A DNA stretch of 64,000 nucleotides from Chloropicon primus (taxonomy: Eukaryota): assembly GCA_023205875.1 (NCBI GenBank), contig CP060769.1, forward strand, positions 434,001-498,000, in the 5' to 3' direction. Made by a program: the position numbers and the translations under genes. Below are positions 1-10,771 of this stretch, piece by piece; within the stretch, counting starts at the first letter, position 1; every line of letters begins with the position of its first letter. The notes below the pieces were generated by a model. It ran no database searches, was not told the origin of the DNA, and saw nothing but the letters and a program-made list of their open reading frames with translations.

Positions 1-1
1 A

Positions 2-316
2 GGGAACGTCACCACTGACGTCGTTCGGACGCTTCCAAACATCGTGCAGAAAGCTTATAACACCATCATGCCGCTGTTTCTCCTGAGCCCGGAGGAGGGG
101 GCGAGGTCCACGCTCTTTGCGGCGACGGCGTCGACGGCGAACGACGATTCCAAGGAAGTTTTCAATTACTTCAACTCGAACTGCGAGCCCACGATGCCGA
201 GCGTGGAAGCGAGGGATCCAGCGGAGGCTCAGAAGGTCTGGGAGTGGACCCTCGGCGAAGTCGATCCTTACCTGTCCAAGGAGGCCAAGGAGTTGGTGCT
301 TGCGATGAATGTGTGA
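2..316 (+). CDS. C-terminal part of a short-chain dehydrogenase/reductase (retinol-dehydrogenase-like); 5' end outside window
   Basis: The frame from base 2 reads GNVTTDVVR...LSPEEGARSTLFAA...YFNSNC...EARDPAEAQKVWEWT, a typical RDH/WWOX-like SDR C-terminus. Confidence 0.75.
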   Translation, partial: GNVTTDVVRTLPNIVQKAYNTIMPLFLLSPEEGARSTLFAATASTANDDSKEVFNYFNSNCEPTMPSVEARDPAEAQKVWEWTLGEVDPYLSKEAKELVLAMNV

Positions 317-535
317 TTCATTTGTTACAAAAAGATATGTTATTTTGGAAAAAGGATACTTTTGTTAGGGGTGGGGGGGGGGCCGAACGAAAATCAAACC
401 AAACCAAACTAAACCAAACCGAACGTTCGCTGCTTCCTCCTTGCTTCCAATCCCGATTCCTTTCCGTTCCCATAATACAATATTACCGTCCACTGTACAA
501 TATAACTTCGTTCTATTTCATCGTATCCTGTTCCA

Positions 536-1510
536 TCACAATCGATTGGATTGCTGCGTCGTCAGCATATCCTCTATTGTGGGGTCCTCTGAAATATTGT
601 TCAAACCCGATGGAGTATCCGTCAAGCTATCCGAATCACTCGTGCCGTCCGCCACTCTCTTGTTGAAGGAGTTCCTGCCATCGTTGAAGGAGTTCCTGCC
701 GTCGTTGAAGGAGTTCCTGCCGTCGTTGAAGGAGTTCCTGCCGTCCGAGTTGAAGGAGCCCCTCGGGGAGTTATTTGCTGTGCTCACGGGCGTGACAAGA
801 TCCTGCTCCTCTTCCTTCTCATCGAGGCTGCCACTCCTGCCATCTGCAAAAATGTTTCCCAACCCAGGCGAGTCCCTTGGCATGGAGATCGACGAGGACC
901 TTCGGCCCTTCCGAAGGTTCTTGAAAAAATCAACAATGCTGCTTCGCCTCCGCCTGCTCCTGATGGTGGCTTCGCTCGGCCCTGAAGGAGTCTTGCCAGC
1001 GTCCTGAGAAGCCCGCCGGATCTTCCTCTGAACCTTCTGGCTCTGTTCCTGCTCACCCTTCTCAAACCTCGCCAGCTTCCTGCGGACTTCCATCTCCTTC
1101 CTCAGGTTGTACTGGAAGGTCTCCTTGCGCTTCTCCTTGATCTCCTGCTTGGACTGAGACCGCTTCTCGGCCCTCTTGGTCAACTCCATCGCCTTCTGAG
1201 AAGGCTTGTGGGCCGACAGGAACGACTGGGACTTCTTCCAAGCCTTGCCGTCCTTGATCGGCCTCAGCGAAGGCTGCAGCTTTGACTCCTTCTTCTTGTT
1301 CTTCATGTTGTTGATCGCTTTCAGGGTTTCCAGCTCTTGCTTCAAGCGGAGCTTCTCCTCTATCAGGCACTTTCTGCAGTAGATGGGGTCACCCCTCTTC
1401 ACGTACCACATCTTGGCCTCCTCGATACTCAACTGGTTCTGCGTCTTGTCCGCGCTCTTCTCGCACACGGAGCAGACTATGATGGCAGAATCACCTAAGC
1501 AGCAAAGCAT
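536..1510 (-). CDS. Hypothetical protein with N-terminal MLCCLG, two CxxC pairs, a coiled coil and GRNSFND repeats
   Basis: Long ORF with coding-type codon bias. First ATG at 1510. Contains CSVC...CRKC and a K/E-rich coiled-coil segment. Confidence 0.65.
   Translation of the reverse strand: MLCCLGDSAIIVCSVCEKSADKTQNQLSIEEAKMWYVKRGDPIYCRKCLIEEKLRLKQELETLKAINNMKNKKKESKLQPSLRPIKDGKAWKKSQSFLSAHKPSQKAMELTKRAEKRSQSKQEIKEKRKETFQYNLRKEMEVRRKLARFEKGEQEQSQKVQRKIRRASQDAGKTPSGPSEATIRSRRRRSSIVDFFKNLRKGRRSSSISMPRDSPGLGNIFADGRSGSLDEKEEEQDLVTPVSTANNSPRGSFNSDGRNSFNDGRNSFNDGRNSFNDGRNSFNKRVADGTSDSDSLTDTPSGLNNISEDPTIEDMLTTQQSNRL
662..745. repeat. 21-bp coding tandem repeat x4 (encodes DGRNSFN on the minus strand)
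   Basis: GTTGAAGGAGTTCCTGCCRTC occurs four times, plus a partial fifth copy. Confidence 0.95.
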
Positions 1511-2471
1511 CTTGGCAGGTCTCGGCTGGAAGAACCTCTCAACAGCAGCCACCGAATTCCTTTGGTGAACTTAAAAAAAATCTTTTGCTCGTTCCCTCTC
1601 CTTGAGGACCTTGTCTTGAAGCAAGTTATGTAAGAGAGTGACACGAGGGACTCAATCAACTGCCTGTGACATGCTCATGCTCCACGGTTGGCATGCGAAA
1701 AACAAAATGTTGTTGTGGGTCTTGTTCCTGTTCCCAATGCAGCGAGCCAAGGTGTGTATCTCAAAGCCAAAGAGAACAGGAAGGGACCCTGTGATGCAAA
1801 ATTCTTGCAAGCCTCGCGGAGTGGTGAACCCTTTGACCCCTTTGCTCTCCGCTTGGGCCACCCAACTACTCAAGGGGCCAAAATACTTGGCCTTGGCTCC
1901 AACGACTTTGCTCTTATGAACCTCCTGGACGATACCGGTCACCAAATGAGACAAGCGAGGGGTCCACCGAAAGCTTGGAAGCAGACGGTTCGTCTTGCGT
2001 GCTTAGTTACTCGAACTTGGTGGCGTTACCTTGCGCTTACGTCGACCAAAGGTCACGTCTTTGTTCAAGACGAAGACGCAAGACGAAGACGCCTCTTGAT
2101 TGAGTTGATTAAGAGAATTTTGTCAAAAACGGCTCGTTCTCGCTCTCGACACTGAACGTCCACGAAAGACGTTCCATCGGAACGGCAATGACGTAATCAA
2201 AGTGGAGGATAATGGATCGAAGCGTTGACGTGTTACATCGCAAAGGTGGACGATGTTTCGCTCGCGGCCGAAAGGTATCTTGGGATTTGAATAAGAAAAT
2301 CCAAAGACGGAATCGGAAAACGTGGACTCCTGGTGGAAAACTTCACCTCAACACGGCCATCCCTACTATAGCCCTTTGTGGAAATGTTCAACCTCCGCAC
2401 CTTTCAGTCGGCAGTTTGGAATTTCGGGGAAAAGAGAAGATGCTCCTGAGCTCTGGAGGACGAGGAGGAGG

Positions 2472-2532
2472 ATGCCCCATTATGCCCCATTATGCCCCAT
2501 TATGCCCCATTATTATGCCCCATTATTATGCC
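2472..2532. repeat. 10-bp tandem repeat (ATGCCCCATT) x~5
   Basis: Four perfect copies at 2472-2511, then a further copy after an ATT insertion. Confidence 0.95.
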
Positions 2533-3090
2533 TCATGATGATTAGCATCTGGATTAGCACTGACAGCCTGGAGGGCAGGAGGTTCCGGTTCCTCCCAGGG
2601 GATCTCGTGCGGATCACCAGGACCAGGGAAGAGCCTCCAGGCTTGAGCTATTGGTGGATTAAAATAACATTGTTGTTATATTTGGATTGACTAATGATGG
2701 ACTGTCACCCTCAAGACGGAGGGGAGAGAGATTGTCTTGTAATCTCTGTTTCTTGTTCGTGTGTTCTCTCTCTTGTCTTGTCTTTGTGTTCCTTTTTTCA
2801 AGAAGTGACAACAAGAGGACCTCCTGACTGGTGAGGTCACAAACGCACATGTTCTGTCACCCTCACTCACGTGGCCTTGGTCTCTTGGTCCTTGCCTTGC
2901 TTCTCCTGTCCTCGCCTTGCCTTGCTTCAAAGCGGGGGATGGGAGGATCCAACTCCCCAGACCTCGTCGCCGATGTAGCTTTCTCGACAGAAAGAGGAGT
3001 TTGGTTTGGTTTGGTTCCAAAAGATAACCAATCGATTCACCTTTCGAGAGGAATGTCTAAATTTATAACTAATCCTAATTGGGTTCAGCT

Positions 3091-3372
3091 CTACTTCAGT
3101 TCCTTGAAGAGCTTGGGGCCCACGCAGTGGTCAATACAAGCCCAGTAGTCGAAATACTGCCCCGTGCAGTGAGCCTCGCCCGTCGTGTCCTTGGAAACTC
3201 TGTCTGTGCACTCTTGGTACGCTACCCAAGCTTTCACGCATTTTGGCTTGCAGAATTCTTCCAGCTGTGGACGCACGTCTTCTGGATCCTCTTCCTCTTC
3301 CTCCTCCTCGTCCTCAACGTCCTCCTCCGGCTCCTCCTCGTCGGCGTAAACGTACTTGGTAAACCACCACAT
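3091..3372 (-). CDS. QCR6: Cytochrome b-c1 complex subunit 6 (hinge protein)
   Basis: Acidic N-terminus followed by CKPKCVKAWVAYQECTDRV...HCTGQYFDYWACIDHCVGPKLFKELK. ATG at 3372 follows a probable 5'UTR-intron acceptor. Confidence 0.95.
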   Translation of the reverse strand: MWWFTKYVYADEEEPEEDVEDEEEEEEEDPEDVRPQLEEFCKPKCVKAWVAYQECTDRVSKDTTGEAHCTGQYFDYWACIDHCVGPKLFKELK

Positions 3373-3807
3373 TCTGGGGCAACGAATCGAACAAAAAAGA
3401 GGAGTCAGAAACCCGAGCACTGTGACACGACATCATAATCCTGCAACGGACGCAGCTCCAGGTGGCATCAACTTCCTCACGAGCTCTCAAGACCGACGAA
3501 AGTCTCAAGCAATGGTAAGGCCTCGTTGGTTCCCCAACCGAACACACGCGTTTGGCTCGAGATCTTCTCGAGGACGACAATGGCTTCCATCAATTCACTC
3601 CACTCTCACGTCTCTCTTCACGCAATTGTAACCAACTCCCTCTCTTTACTCCACTCCACTCCACTCCACTCCATTCCATTCCATTCCATTCCGTGGGTTT
3701 GACCATGCACTCACAGCCACGACGGTCTCTCAACGAGAACACGCAATCACTCCGGCTTCGACACCTTCTCGAGGAGGACAATGCCTAGCACCCATCCCCT
3801 TGCCTCC

Positions 3808-3819
3808 CTCTCTCTCTCC

Positions 3820-3861
<42 letters not shown>
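3808..3861. repeat. (CT)n microsatellite, representative of many GA/CT tracts in 5' regions
   Basis: Similar tracts at ~6403, 6510, 17115, 23584, 29002, 40168, 40513, 42648, 53925 and 54343. Confidence 0.9.
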
Positions 3862-3864
<3 letters not shown>

Positions 3865-4243
3865 GTGTTGTGTCTCGGGTCGCTCACCTGTTGTCTCTTC
3901 GTCGCGTCGCTCGTCGCCTCCGCTGCTTCTGCTCCTGGAGGTAAGATGGATTACGTAGAGCAAAGGCGCTGAAGAGGAAGGAGAAGTTCGTTCGTTCGCT
4001 CGGCTCCACTTCTGACGCCTCTCTTCCTCTGTCGGACTTTCGAAAGAAGCGAAAGCAAAAGCTCCCCGCCCATCAGCAACAGAATCAGAGTCGCCTTTGG
4101 TTAGTGGTTGGTGTGGAAGTTTAGTCAACAACAAGCTCCTCAGGGGGGGAGCACTAAACTACAAGGCAAAGAGATTAATCTATAAAGCAACTTCTTGATC
4201 GTACACTATCGTATCTCGTCGTACACGTGCCAGCACCTTCAAG

Positions 4244-5394
4244 CTAAGTCGAGGCGCTCCTGGTTCGATCGGCCATCGTTGGCAGCCCCACGTCGTACTT
4301 CCAGCTGATGTACCTCAAGGCGACGCACGTTCCGATCCCGGCGATCAGGCCAGTGGCCGCGGGGAGCTTGACAATGTGAGTCGTGATCACAAAAGAGGTG
4401 GCCGCTCCAAGCGCAGTTGTGGCGTAGAGCCCGCTGTCCGTGTGGAAGATCCAGGGCTTCTGCTGGCAAAGGAGGTCGCGAATGATGCCTCCAAACGTTG
4501 CTGTGACCATGCCGCAGACCGGGACGCACAGCCAGTGCATCCTCAGCTGCGTCTGTGGAGAGAGAGAGAGAGAGTCAGTCAGTCAGTCAGGCCGCCGCCG
4601 CTTGTGTGGTGGCGAGGGATTCGTGCTGCCACTCACCGCATGAATGGCTCCCACGCACGCAAAGGCCCCCAGCGCGATGGCGTCGGCCCAGTTCATCAGC
4701 TCCTGCTCGTGCTCCGCGAGGTTGAGGCCGGTGATGGCCTCTTTCCTTAGCTTTGGGTACAGGAAGAAGGTGGCGAGAGCGCTGGCGACAGCGAGAGCAA
4801 TGTACTGCGGCTGCTTGAGCCAGAACACCGGGGTGGTTCCGGTGATCAGGTCACGGACTGTGCCGCCTCCCACCGCCGTCGTGAAGCCGACGAGGCAGCA
4901 GCCCAGGACGTCCATCTGGGCCACGGTCGCCGCCTTCATCGTTCCCGTGAATGCGAACTTGCAAGAACAAACGAGGATTGTGTGTGTGAGGGTCAGTCAG
5001 GGGTTAAGATCGAGCCTTCGTGTTTGTGTTTGTGACTCACCAAGGCGGTGCCGACGTAGTCGAGGCCGACGAGGACTCTCTTGATGACAACGCATTCCAC
5101 GTACTCCAGCCTGAGCCTCCTCTGACTCGCAAACGACCTCTGGACCAAGCGGTTGGCATCAACCCTGGGAACCAAGAGCGGCCTCACCAGCTTGCTTGAA
5201 CTTTGAGTGAGGCACGGCGACGGCGACGACTTGGTCAGCAGTGCTGCGTTCCGAAGACACGGCGTCGTGGAGTTGAACCGCGCCGCTTGGGCGAACAAGC
5301 AAGAGGAGGAGGTCCCGCACGCCTGCTTCCTCGTCGCCAACGATGCCAGCGACCCCGTGAGCCTCCGAAGCAAGGACGACGACGACGACGCCAT
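4244..5394 (-). CDS. UPF0126/TRIC-family (YadS-like) membrane protein with an organellar-type presequence; 3 exons (5394-5041, 4957-4637, ~4552-4244)
   Basis: The spliced product gives two repeats, DYVGTALFAFTG...GFTTAVGGGTVRDL and ADAIALGAFACVGA...TATFGGIIRDLL. Both donors are GTGAGT. The acceptor of intron 2 is ambiguous by 6 nt. Confidence 0.88.
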
Positions 5395-6920
5395 GTTGAT
5401 TGATTGATTGATGATGATGCTTGAATGGATGATGAAGTTTTGTTGTGGAGGAAGGAAGAACATCTTTTCAGTACTTCGGTCGAGCGTGCGAGAGAGAGGT
5501 AGGGAGAGAGAGAGAGGTTGCGTCGCTCGCTCGTCCTCACGAAGCCAACGCATCTCGAGAGAGAAGGAGAGGGACAGAGCGATGTTTTGCTTGCTCCCTG
5601 GGCTGGTGTTGGCTTTCGCTCCTCACGGGAAACCCTCACCCTCGCGTTCCGACTTGAAGTGTTCGGCATCGCTGGAAAGACCGAGAGACACCCTTTCGAC
5701 ACCTGCCCCCTTCCTTCCCTCCCTCTCCCTCTCCCCCCCCTCGGCTCCACAAACAAGTGCCTTCCTCTCTCTTGCTCTCACGAGACATCCAGCAGCCCTT
5801 GTGCAAGCGTTCCCGATCACTCAGGACGCCATTCGGGTCGATGAAGGTATCCTCGGAAAGATCGTGAGACGTACTTTCGTGATAATCGATCCAAAACACG
5901 CCACAACGCCGTCCTCGACCCCCACAACCCCCCACGAACGCGATCACTCCCCTCCCCTTCCCCTGAGAAACGAAAACCAACCCAACGCACAAACGCACGA
6001 AAACCGTGTACCCCATTGCGTACACTCCGATCGCAACCTCATTTTTTTTCCTTTTTTTTTTTGATTTTTTTCCCTTGATCGATCGTGTGCGATCGCAAGA
6101 CGTGATCTGTACTCTTCGATCGAAACTCTTCGATTGTTTTTCGATCGTGGCGCGCGCCTCGCGAGCACAAGACGTGTTTCGCACTCGGCCGCGCGATCGA
6201 TCGAATCGCTGCGATCGAAAGAGAAAGAGAGAGAGAGAAGAGGAACCAGGCGGCACAACGCGATCGATCACAAACAAAACGAAACGCGAAGAAGCGCGGA
6301 GCGGAGGTGAGTCACCAGGGCACCACACACGACAGGGGCCAGCGCAAGAGAGAGGGAGGGCCTTGGTTTGCGCCGTCGCCGGTCGCGCAAGGTGTTGGGT
6401 GGTCTCTCTCTCTCTCTCTCTCTGTCTCTCTGTCTCTCTTGTGTGTGTGTTCTTCTTGAGGCCGCGGGCATGGCAAACGAGGGACAGAGGTTCCGCTCTC
6501 CTCTCCTCTCTCTGTCTCTGTCTCTGTCTCTGTCTCTGTTTCTCTCTTGCGGTTTCCTGGCCGCTTTCATCTTCTTCTTCTTCTTTTTGGACGGAGAGCG
6601 GACGGGACATGCCCACGAAGCGGCGAGCGAGACCAAGACACTGACCCTCTCTCTCTCTCTCTCACTCATGCTCTTGTTCCGTTTTCCGGTTTTCGTTTTT
6701 TTGCAGGAGATTGTTTGATTGAGAAACAAGCCACAGAGATCTGCCAGCATCAAAGAACAAGAACAAGAAGAACAAGAAGAACATCATCATCCAAAGAGGG
6801 TCAAAGCGTTTTTTGTTTTTGTTCTAGTTTTTTTTTTGTTGTTGTTGTGGAGTGAGAAGTTTTGTGTTCCTTAGGCGGAGAGTTCCCCACCACTCGACAT
6901 ACACACACACACACACACAT

Positions 6921-8957
6921 ATGGGCCGCCATGCAAATAGCGCAACTGAGTCGTCCGATGGAAAGAACGCAAAGGTGCAGCAGTTGACTCAGGCGGGCTC
7001 CAACAAGGAAGCGCCGGTCGGCGGGAAGCAGAAGGAGAGGAAGGAGCACCACCAAGTGGCGGTGCCTGAGAAGCAGCAGGTCAGTGCCAATGGCAACGTC
7101 AATGGCAAGGCGAACAGCAAGGGCGCCGGGAAGCATCAGGAGGACAAGGGCGGCGCCAAGGCCGTCGTTGCGGTGAACGGGGGGTCCGGAGACGCTCCCC
7201 ACCACCACCACCACCACCAGCAGCAGCAGAACGTGAACGGTCACGCCGCCGGGAGCAAGAAGGGCCAGAGGAGCAACAACAAGGGGTCCGGGGACTCGCT
7301 AGCCGAGAAGGAGAACAACAAGCAGACGCACTCCAATGGCGCCCCGGTGCAGAAGGACGCTCCGCAGGCGAACGGGCAGCACCAGCCGGCTTCCTCTGCG
7401 CGTGAGAATGGGGGTTCTGGGGGGCAACAGAGAGAGAGGGGTAACTTCAGGGGTGGCAGGGGTGGCTCGAGGAGGGGCTTCAACCACCAGAGGAGGTCGG
7501 GAGGGGGCCATAAGAGTTCTTCGTCGGGGGAGGCATCCGAGAAGCAGGGGAAAGGCAGCAGTCGCGGCTCTTCGCCAAAGCAGCAGTCCTCTCCGGAGGC
7601 CAGCAAGGATCACAGGAGCACCAACTCCTCCTCCTCCTCGACCTCGGACGCGGAGGAGCTTTCTCAGAAGCATCACCACGGAACGCCCGGAAAGTCGGCA
7701 AAGCTCACGGCGAACGGCGGAAAGCACGCCGCTGCCGCAGCCGCAAACACAAGCGCCGAAGACTCTGACAATCAGAAGCTCGAGGTGAAGGTCGACAACG
7801 GGGGGAACAGGAACGTGACCCTCGTCCAAGACCGGGGCTCCAACCAGTCTGGAAGGGGATCGAAGAAGGAGAGAAGCAGCAGGCAGCAGAAGGAGAAGGA
7901 GAACTCTTCTCACTCTTCTCAGTCGAGGGACGCCAAGCAGCAGCACCAGCAGAACCCTTCGCTGGGCGGCTCGTTCTACCTGAAGGATCCCAAGGGGAGG
8001 AAACTCGGGCCTTTCAGCGCGAGCGACATTGTGGCTTGGTTCGACGAGGGCATCCAGGTGTGCGAGGGCGACAGTGGCGGCTCTTGGGAAAACCTCCGGG
8101 GGGCAACCCTGAGCAAGTTGAGGAAGGGGAAGCAGCAGCAGCAGGGAAGGCAGGACGCGGCCCAATCCCACGCCCCAGCCGGCCAGGAGAAGCCGTCGTC
8201 TGGAAAGCAGCAGCAGCAGCAGCAGCAGGCCGACCAGCAGGCAGTTGTGCCGCTGCCGCAGAGGCAACCGAAGGAGCATCAGAGGAGGGGGACCCCCACA
8301 GGTGGCAAGAAGGAGCACGACTCGGGCTCGGAAAAGCATTCTTCGAAGCAGGCGGAGAAGGAGAAGGACCGATCTGCTTCCCAGCAAGGCGGCCAAGGGG
8401 CGCAGCAGCAGCAAAAGCAGCAGCAGCAGCAGCAGCAGCAGCATGTGGTGACCACCACGAGGGCACCAAAGCATGAGCAGCCCCCAAAGCAGCAGCAGCC
8501 TCTGCAGGAGGCCAGGGGAAAGGACACCTCCTCTGCCTACAAGAAGAACGTCAAGTACACCGACGTTGTTGTGCAGGATCTGTTTACCGGTGGGGTCAAG
8601 AGCAACCCGACGGAGGAGCCCGTGTGGAGGTACATTGACAACGAGCAGCAAATCCAAGGGCCTTGGACATCCAAACAGATGGTCTCTTGGTACAAGCAGG
8701 GCTATTTCGAGCTCAACTTGTTGGTCGTTGGCTGCGAGAGGAAGTTGTGTCCCCCCAACCTTCCAGGAAGGGACCGGTACACTCCTCTCGGCAAGCTCCT
8801 TCAGGACAATGCGACCAAGTTCCCCGGCAGCGCTGTCCAAGCTCTTCCTCAACAGGGTGGCTCGCCGCACCATCACAACAACAGGCACGGCGGCCACCAC
8901 GGCCACCACCAGCACGGCAACAACAACAGACGGGGAAATTACAGAAGGAGCAACTAG
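6921..8957 (+). CDS. GYF-domain protein (two GYF-like domains; Q/H/G-rich disordered regions; RGG box)
   Basis: FYLKDPKGRKLGPFSASDIVAWFDEG and WRYIDNEQQIQGPWTSKQMVSWYKQGYF. First ATG at 6921. Confidence 0.85.
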   Translation: MGRHANSATESSDGKNAKVQQLTQAGSNKEAPVGGKQKERKEHHQVAVPEKQQVSANGNVNGKANSKGAGKHQEDKGGAKAVVAVNGGSGDAPHHHHHHQQQQNVNGHAAGSKKGQRSNNKGSGDSLAEKENNKQTHSNGAPVQKDAPQANGQHQPASSARENGGSGGQQRERGNFRGGRGGSRRGFNHQRRSGGGHKSSSSGEASEKQGKGSSRGSSPKQQSSPEASKDHRSTNSSSSSTSDAEELSQKHHHGTPGKSAKLTANGGKHAAAAAANTSAEDSDNQKLEVKVDNGGNRNVTLVQDRGSNQSGRGSKKERSSRQQKEKENSSHSSQSRDAKQQHQQNPSLGGSFYLKDPKGRKLGPFSASDIVAWFDEGIQVCEGDSGGSWENLRGATLSKLRKGKQQQQGRQDAAQSHAPAGQEKPSSGKQQQQQQQADQQAVVPLPQRQPKEHQRRGTPTGGKKEHDSGSEKHSSKQAEKEKDRSASQQGGQGAQQQQKQQQQQQQQHVVTTTRAPKHEQPPKQQQPLQEARGKDTSSAYKKNVKYTDVVVQDLFTGGVKSNPTEEPVWRYIDNEQQIQGPWTSKQMVSWYKQGYFELNLLVVGCERKLCPPNLPGRDRYTPLGKLLQDNATKFPGSAVQALPQQGGSPHHHNNRHGGHHGHHQHGNNNRRGNYRRSN

Positions 8958-9099
8958 TCTATATTTTAATTAAACGTTTTGAAGCAAAACATGTATTAGG
9001 ACTTTGCCTGTCTTTTTCTTTGGATACAAGATAATACAAAAAGGAGACGGAGGGAGGGCCACACACACGCGCGCGCGTGCTCTCCCTCTCTGGTAGTCT

Positions 9100-9800
9100 C
9101 TACCTCGGCGGAGGATTGAAGAAGGAAGTGAGCGCGTCCGCCACGGCCCGAGTTGTCGCGCTGGCCAAGTGCACGAACTTTCCGATGTCGCCTTCCGCTG
9201 CCCTTGCTTGGGCCCCAACTTCTTTCTCAGCATATGTCAGAGCAGCATCGACGGTGTTCTCGTGCTTCAGCAGGAGCGGCCTCATGTATTCCCTGTACAA
9301 CTTCTCCGCGCCCCTCTTCGACTGCATCCAGACCAACAAGCCCAGCTTGCAGTGGTAATACCACGGAAACATCTGAGACGGACAGAGAGTGGCGGCAGTG
9401 TTGGTGTGTGAGAAACGCGCCAATGACTCAGACACGCGCGGGGTGTCACGACACACACAAGAGAAGGAGAGACTTTTCGTGGGATGGATAAGACGAGACG
9501 CACCTGGAACAGAGGCTCTGCCCCTGCCTCCGCCATGGAAACGCAACCAAACACGCTCCAATAGGTGAGACAGTCCTGCCTGTCCCCCTCAACGCCACCT
9601 CCGAGCCACTGCTCGAGAGGGTTCGTGCCACTTGAACCCCCTTCCCTCGAACTCGCACGGATACTCCTCCTCTCCAGAGCCTTGAACGTCCGATAGACGG
9701 GGTACGCTGCGCCAACGAGCAAGCAGCATGCCTTGGCAAGTCCTGCCGTGTTCTTCGGACTCAGCAGAGCCGCCAAGCCCGCCTGCTGCACCAGACTCAT
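9100..9800 (-). CDS. HVA22/TB2-DP1/REEP family protein; exons 9800-9504 and 9372-9100
   Basis: GAAYPVYRTFKALE, CLTYWSVFG, FPWYYHCKLGLLVWMQ, GAEKLYREYMRPLL. Intron GTGCGT...CAG. Confidence 0.9.
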
Positions 9801-10771
9801 CTCTTCTCGCACACACACACTCACACACTCACTCTCTCGCTCTCTGCTGGCTTTGAGGCCAAAGGAAAGGAACACGAAGAAGAAGGATTATTTAGCCCTA
9901 TCCACCTCAAACGTCGTCCTTTCGCCTCGCGCGTGTAACGTTTCGAAAGATCGTGAGATAACGCTTCCGTTTGTGGCGCTCTCCCTCGCTTCTGTCGTCT
10001 TTCTCGCTCCCCGCACCGTCCCAAAGCCTTACCTGTCACCACCACCAGCAAGAGAAAAGCATACGTTTCAGTCTCTCTCATCCTCATCACGGCGCCAAAT
10101 GTTTCAAGCAAAAGGTCTTTCGAAAGCCCGGAGCACGAATATTCCTCTCGTGACCCTTTCTTCCGCCCCCTCCGTCGTTACCTTCCTCCTCATCGTCGCC
10201 ACTCACCTCGTTCCTCGTGTGGTTCCCCGCCTCTCCGCCTTTTCACATGGGGAGCTTTCCCCTCCATTTCTATTGTTGACCAGAAGCTGTCCACCTTGGG
10301 GGTGAGATTGAGTCAAGGTGAGTGACTTTGGAGGGATCTTGGAGAGGAAGGGCGAGGATTGTGGCACCAGGGAAAGCAATCATCGGGTAATGCAGCTCGA
10401 GGTCTTTCCAAAGATAGTTTACTTGCTCAATTTGGCTCCGGTTTTGGTGGAAAGATTCCTCGTGAAAGGGTTGACTCTCCTGGGGGGGAAGAGGGGGAAG
10501 GAGAGGCCCTAGTTTGGGCAAGGGTGACGGCGTGTTGGGTCGTGTGAGGAAGGAAGGGAAGGCACGGAGGGAACTGTTGTGTTGCTTCCTTGCCGTGGAC
10601 GCCCGCTCGTACTCGGTGACGTGTTGTGGAGGAAGCGGAGGAACTGAACTTTCTGGTTTTGTCTGTGTCTTTGTGTGTGTTTTGGGTGCTGCCAGGGGTG
10701 AAGCGAGGAGGTGACTGAGATCAGTCCAGAGGGTCCAGAGGGCGAGGGTATTGGAACAAACACCAGCAAAG

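Noticed and set aside
662..758. CRISPR-like regular repeats
   Set aside because: The units are contiguous with no spacers, lie in frame in a eukaryotic CDS, and no cas genes are present.
1652..2155. Short ORFs on both strands upstream of the 536-1510 gene
   Set aside because: They start at non-ATG codons and have no motifs; the region is more likely a spliced 5'UTR.
3375..3610. Possible H/ACA or C/D snoRNA in the QCR6 5'UTR intron (hairpins, ACA near the branch point)
   Set aside because: There is no ANANNA H box, the pocket spacing is wrong, and the CTGA is better explained as the branch point.
5636..6644. ORFs of 326 aa (-) and 212 aa (+) in the TRIC/GYF intergenic region
   Set aside because: They derive from GA/CT repeats and promoter or 5'UTR sequence (RERE/LSLS translations).
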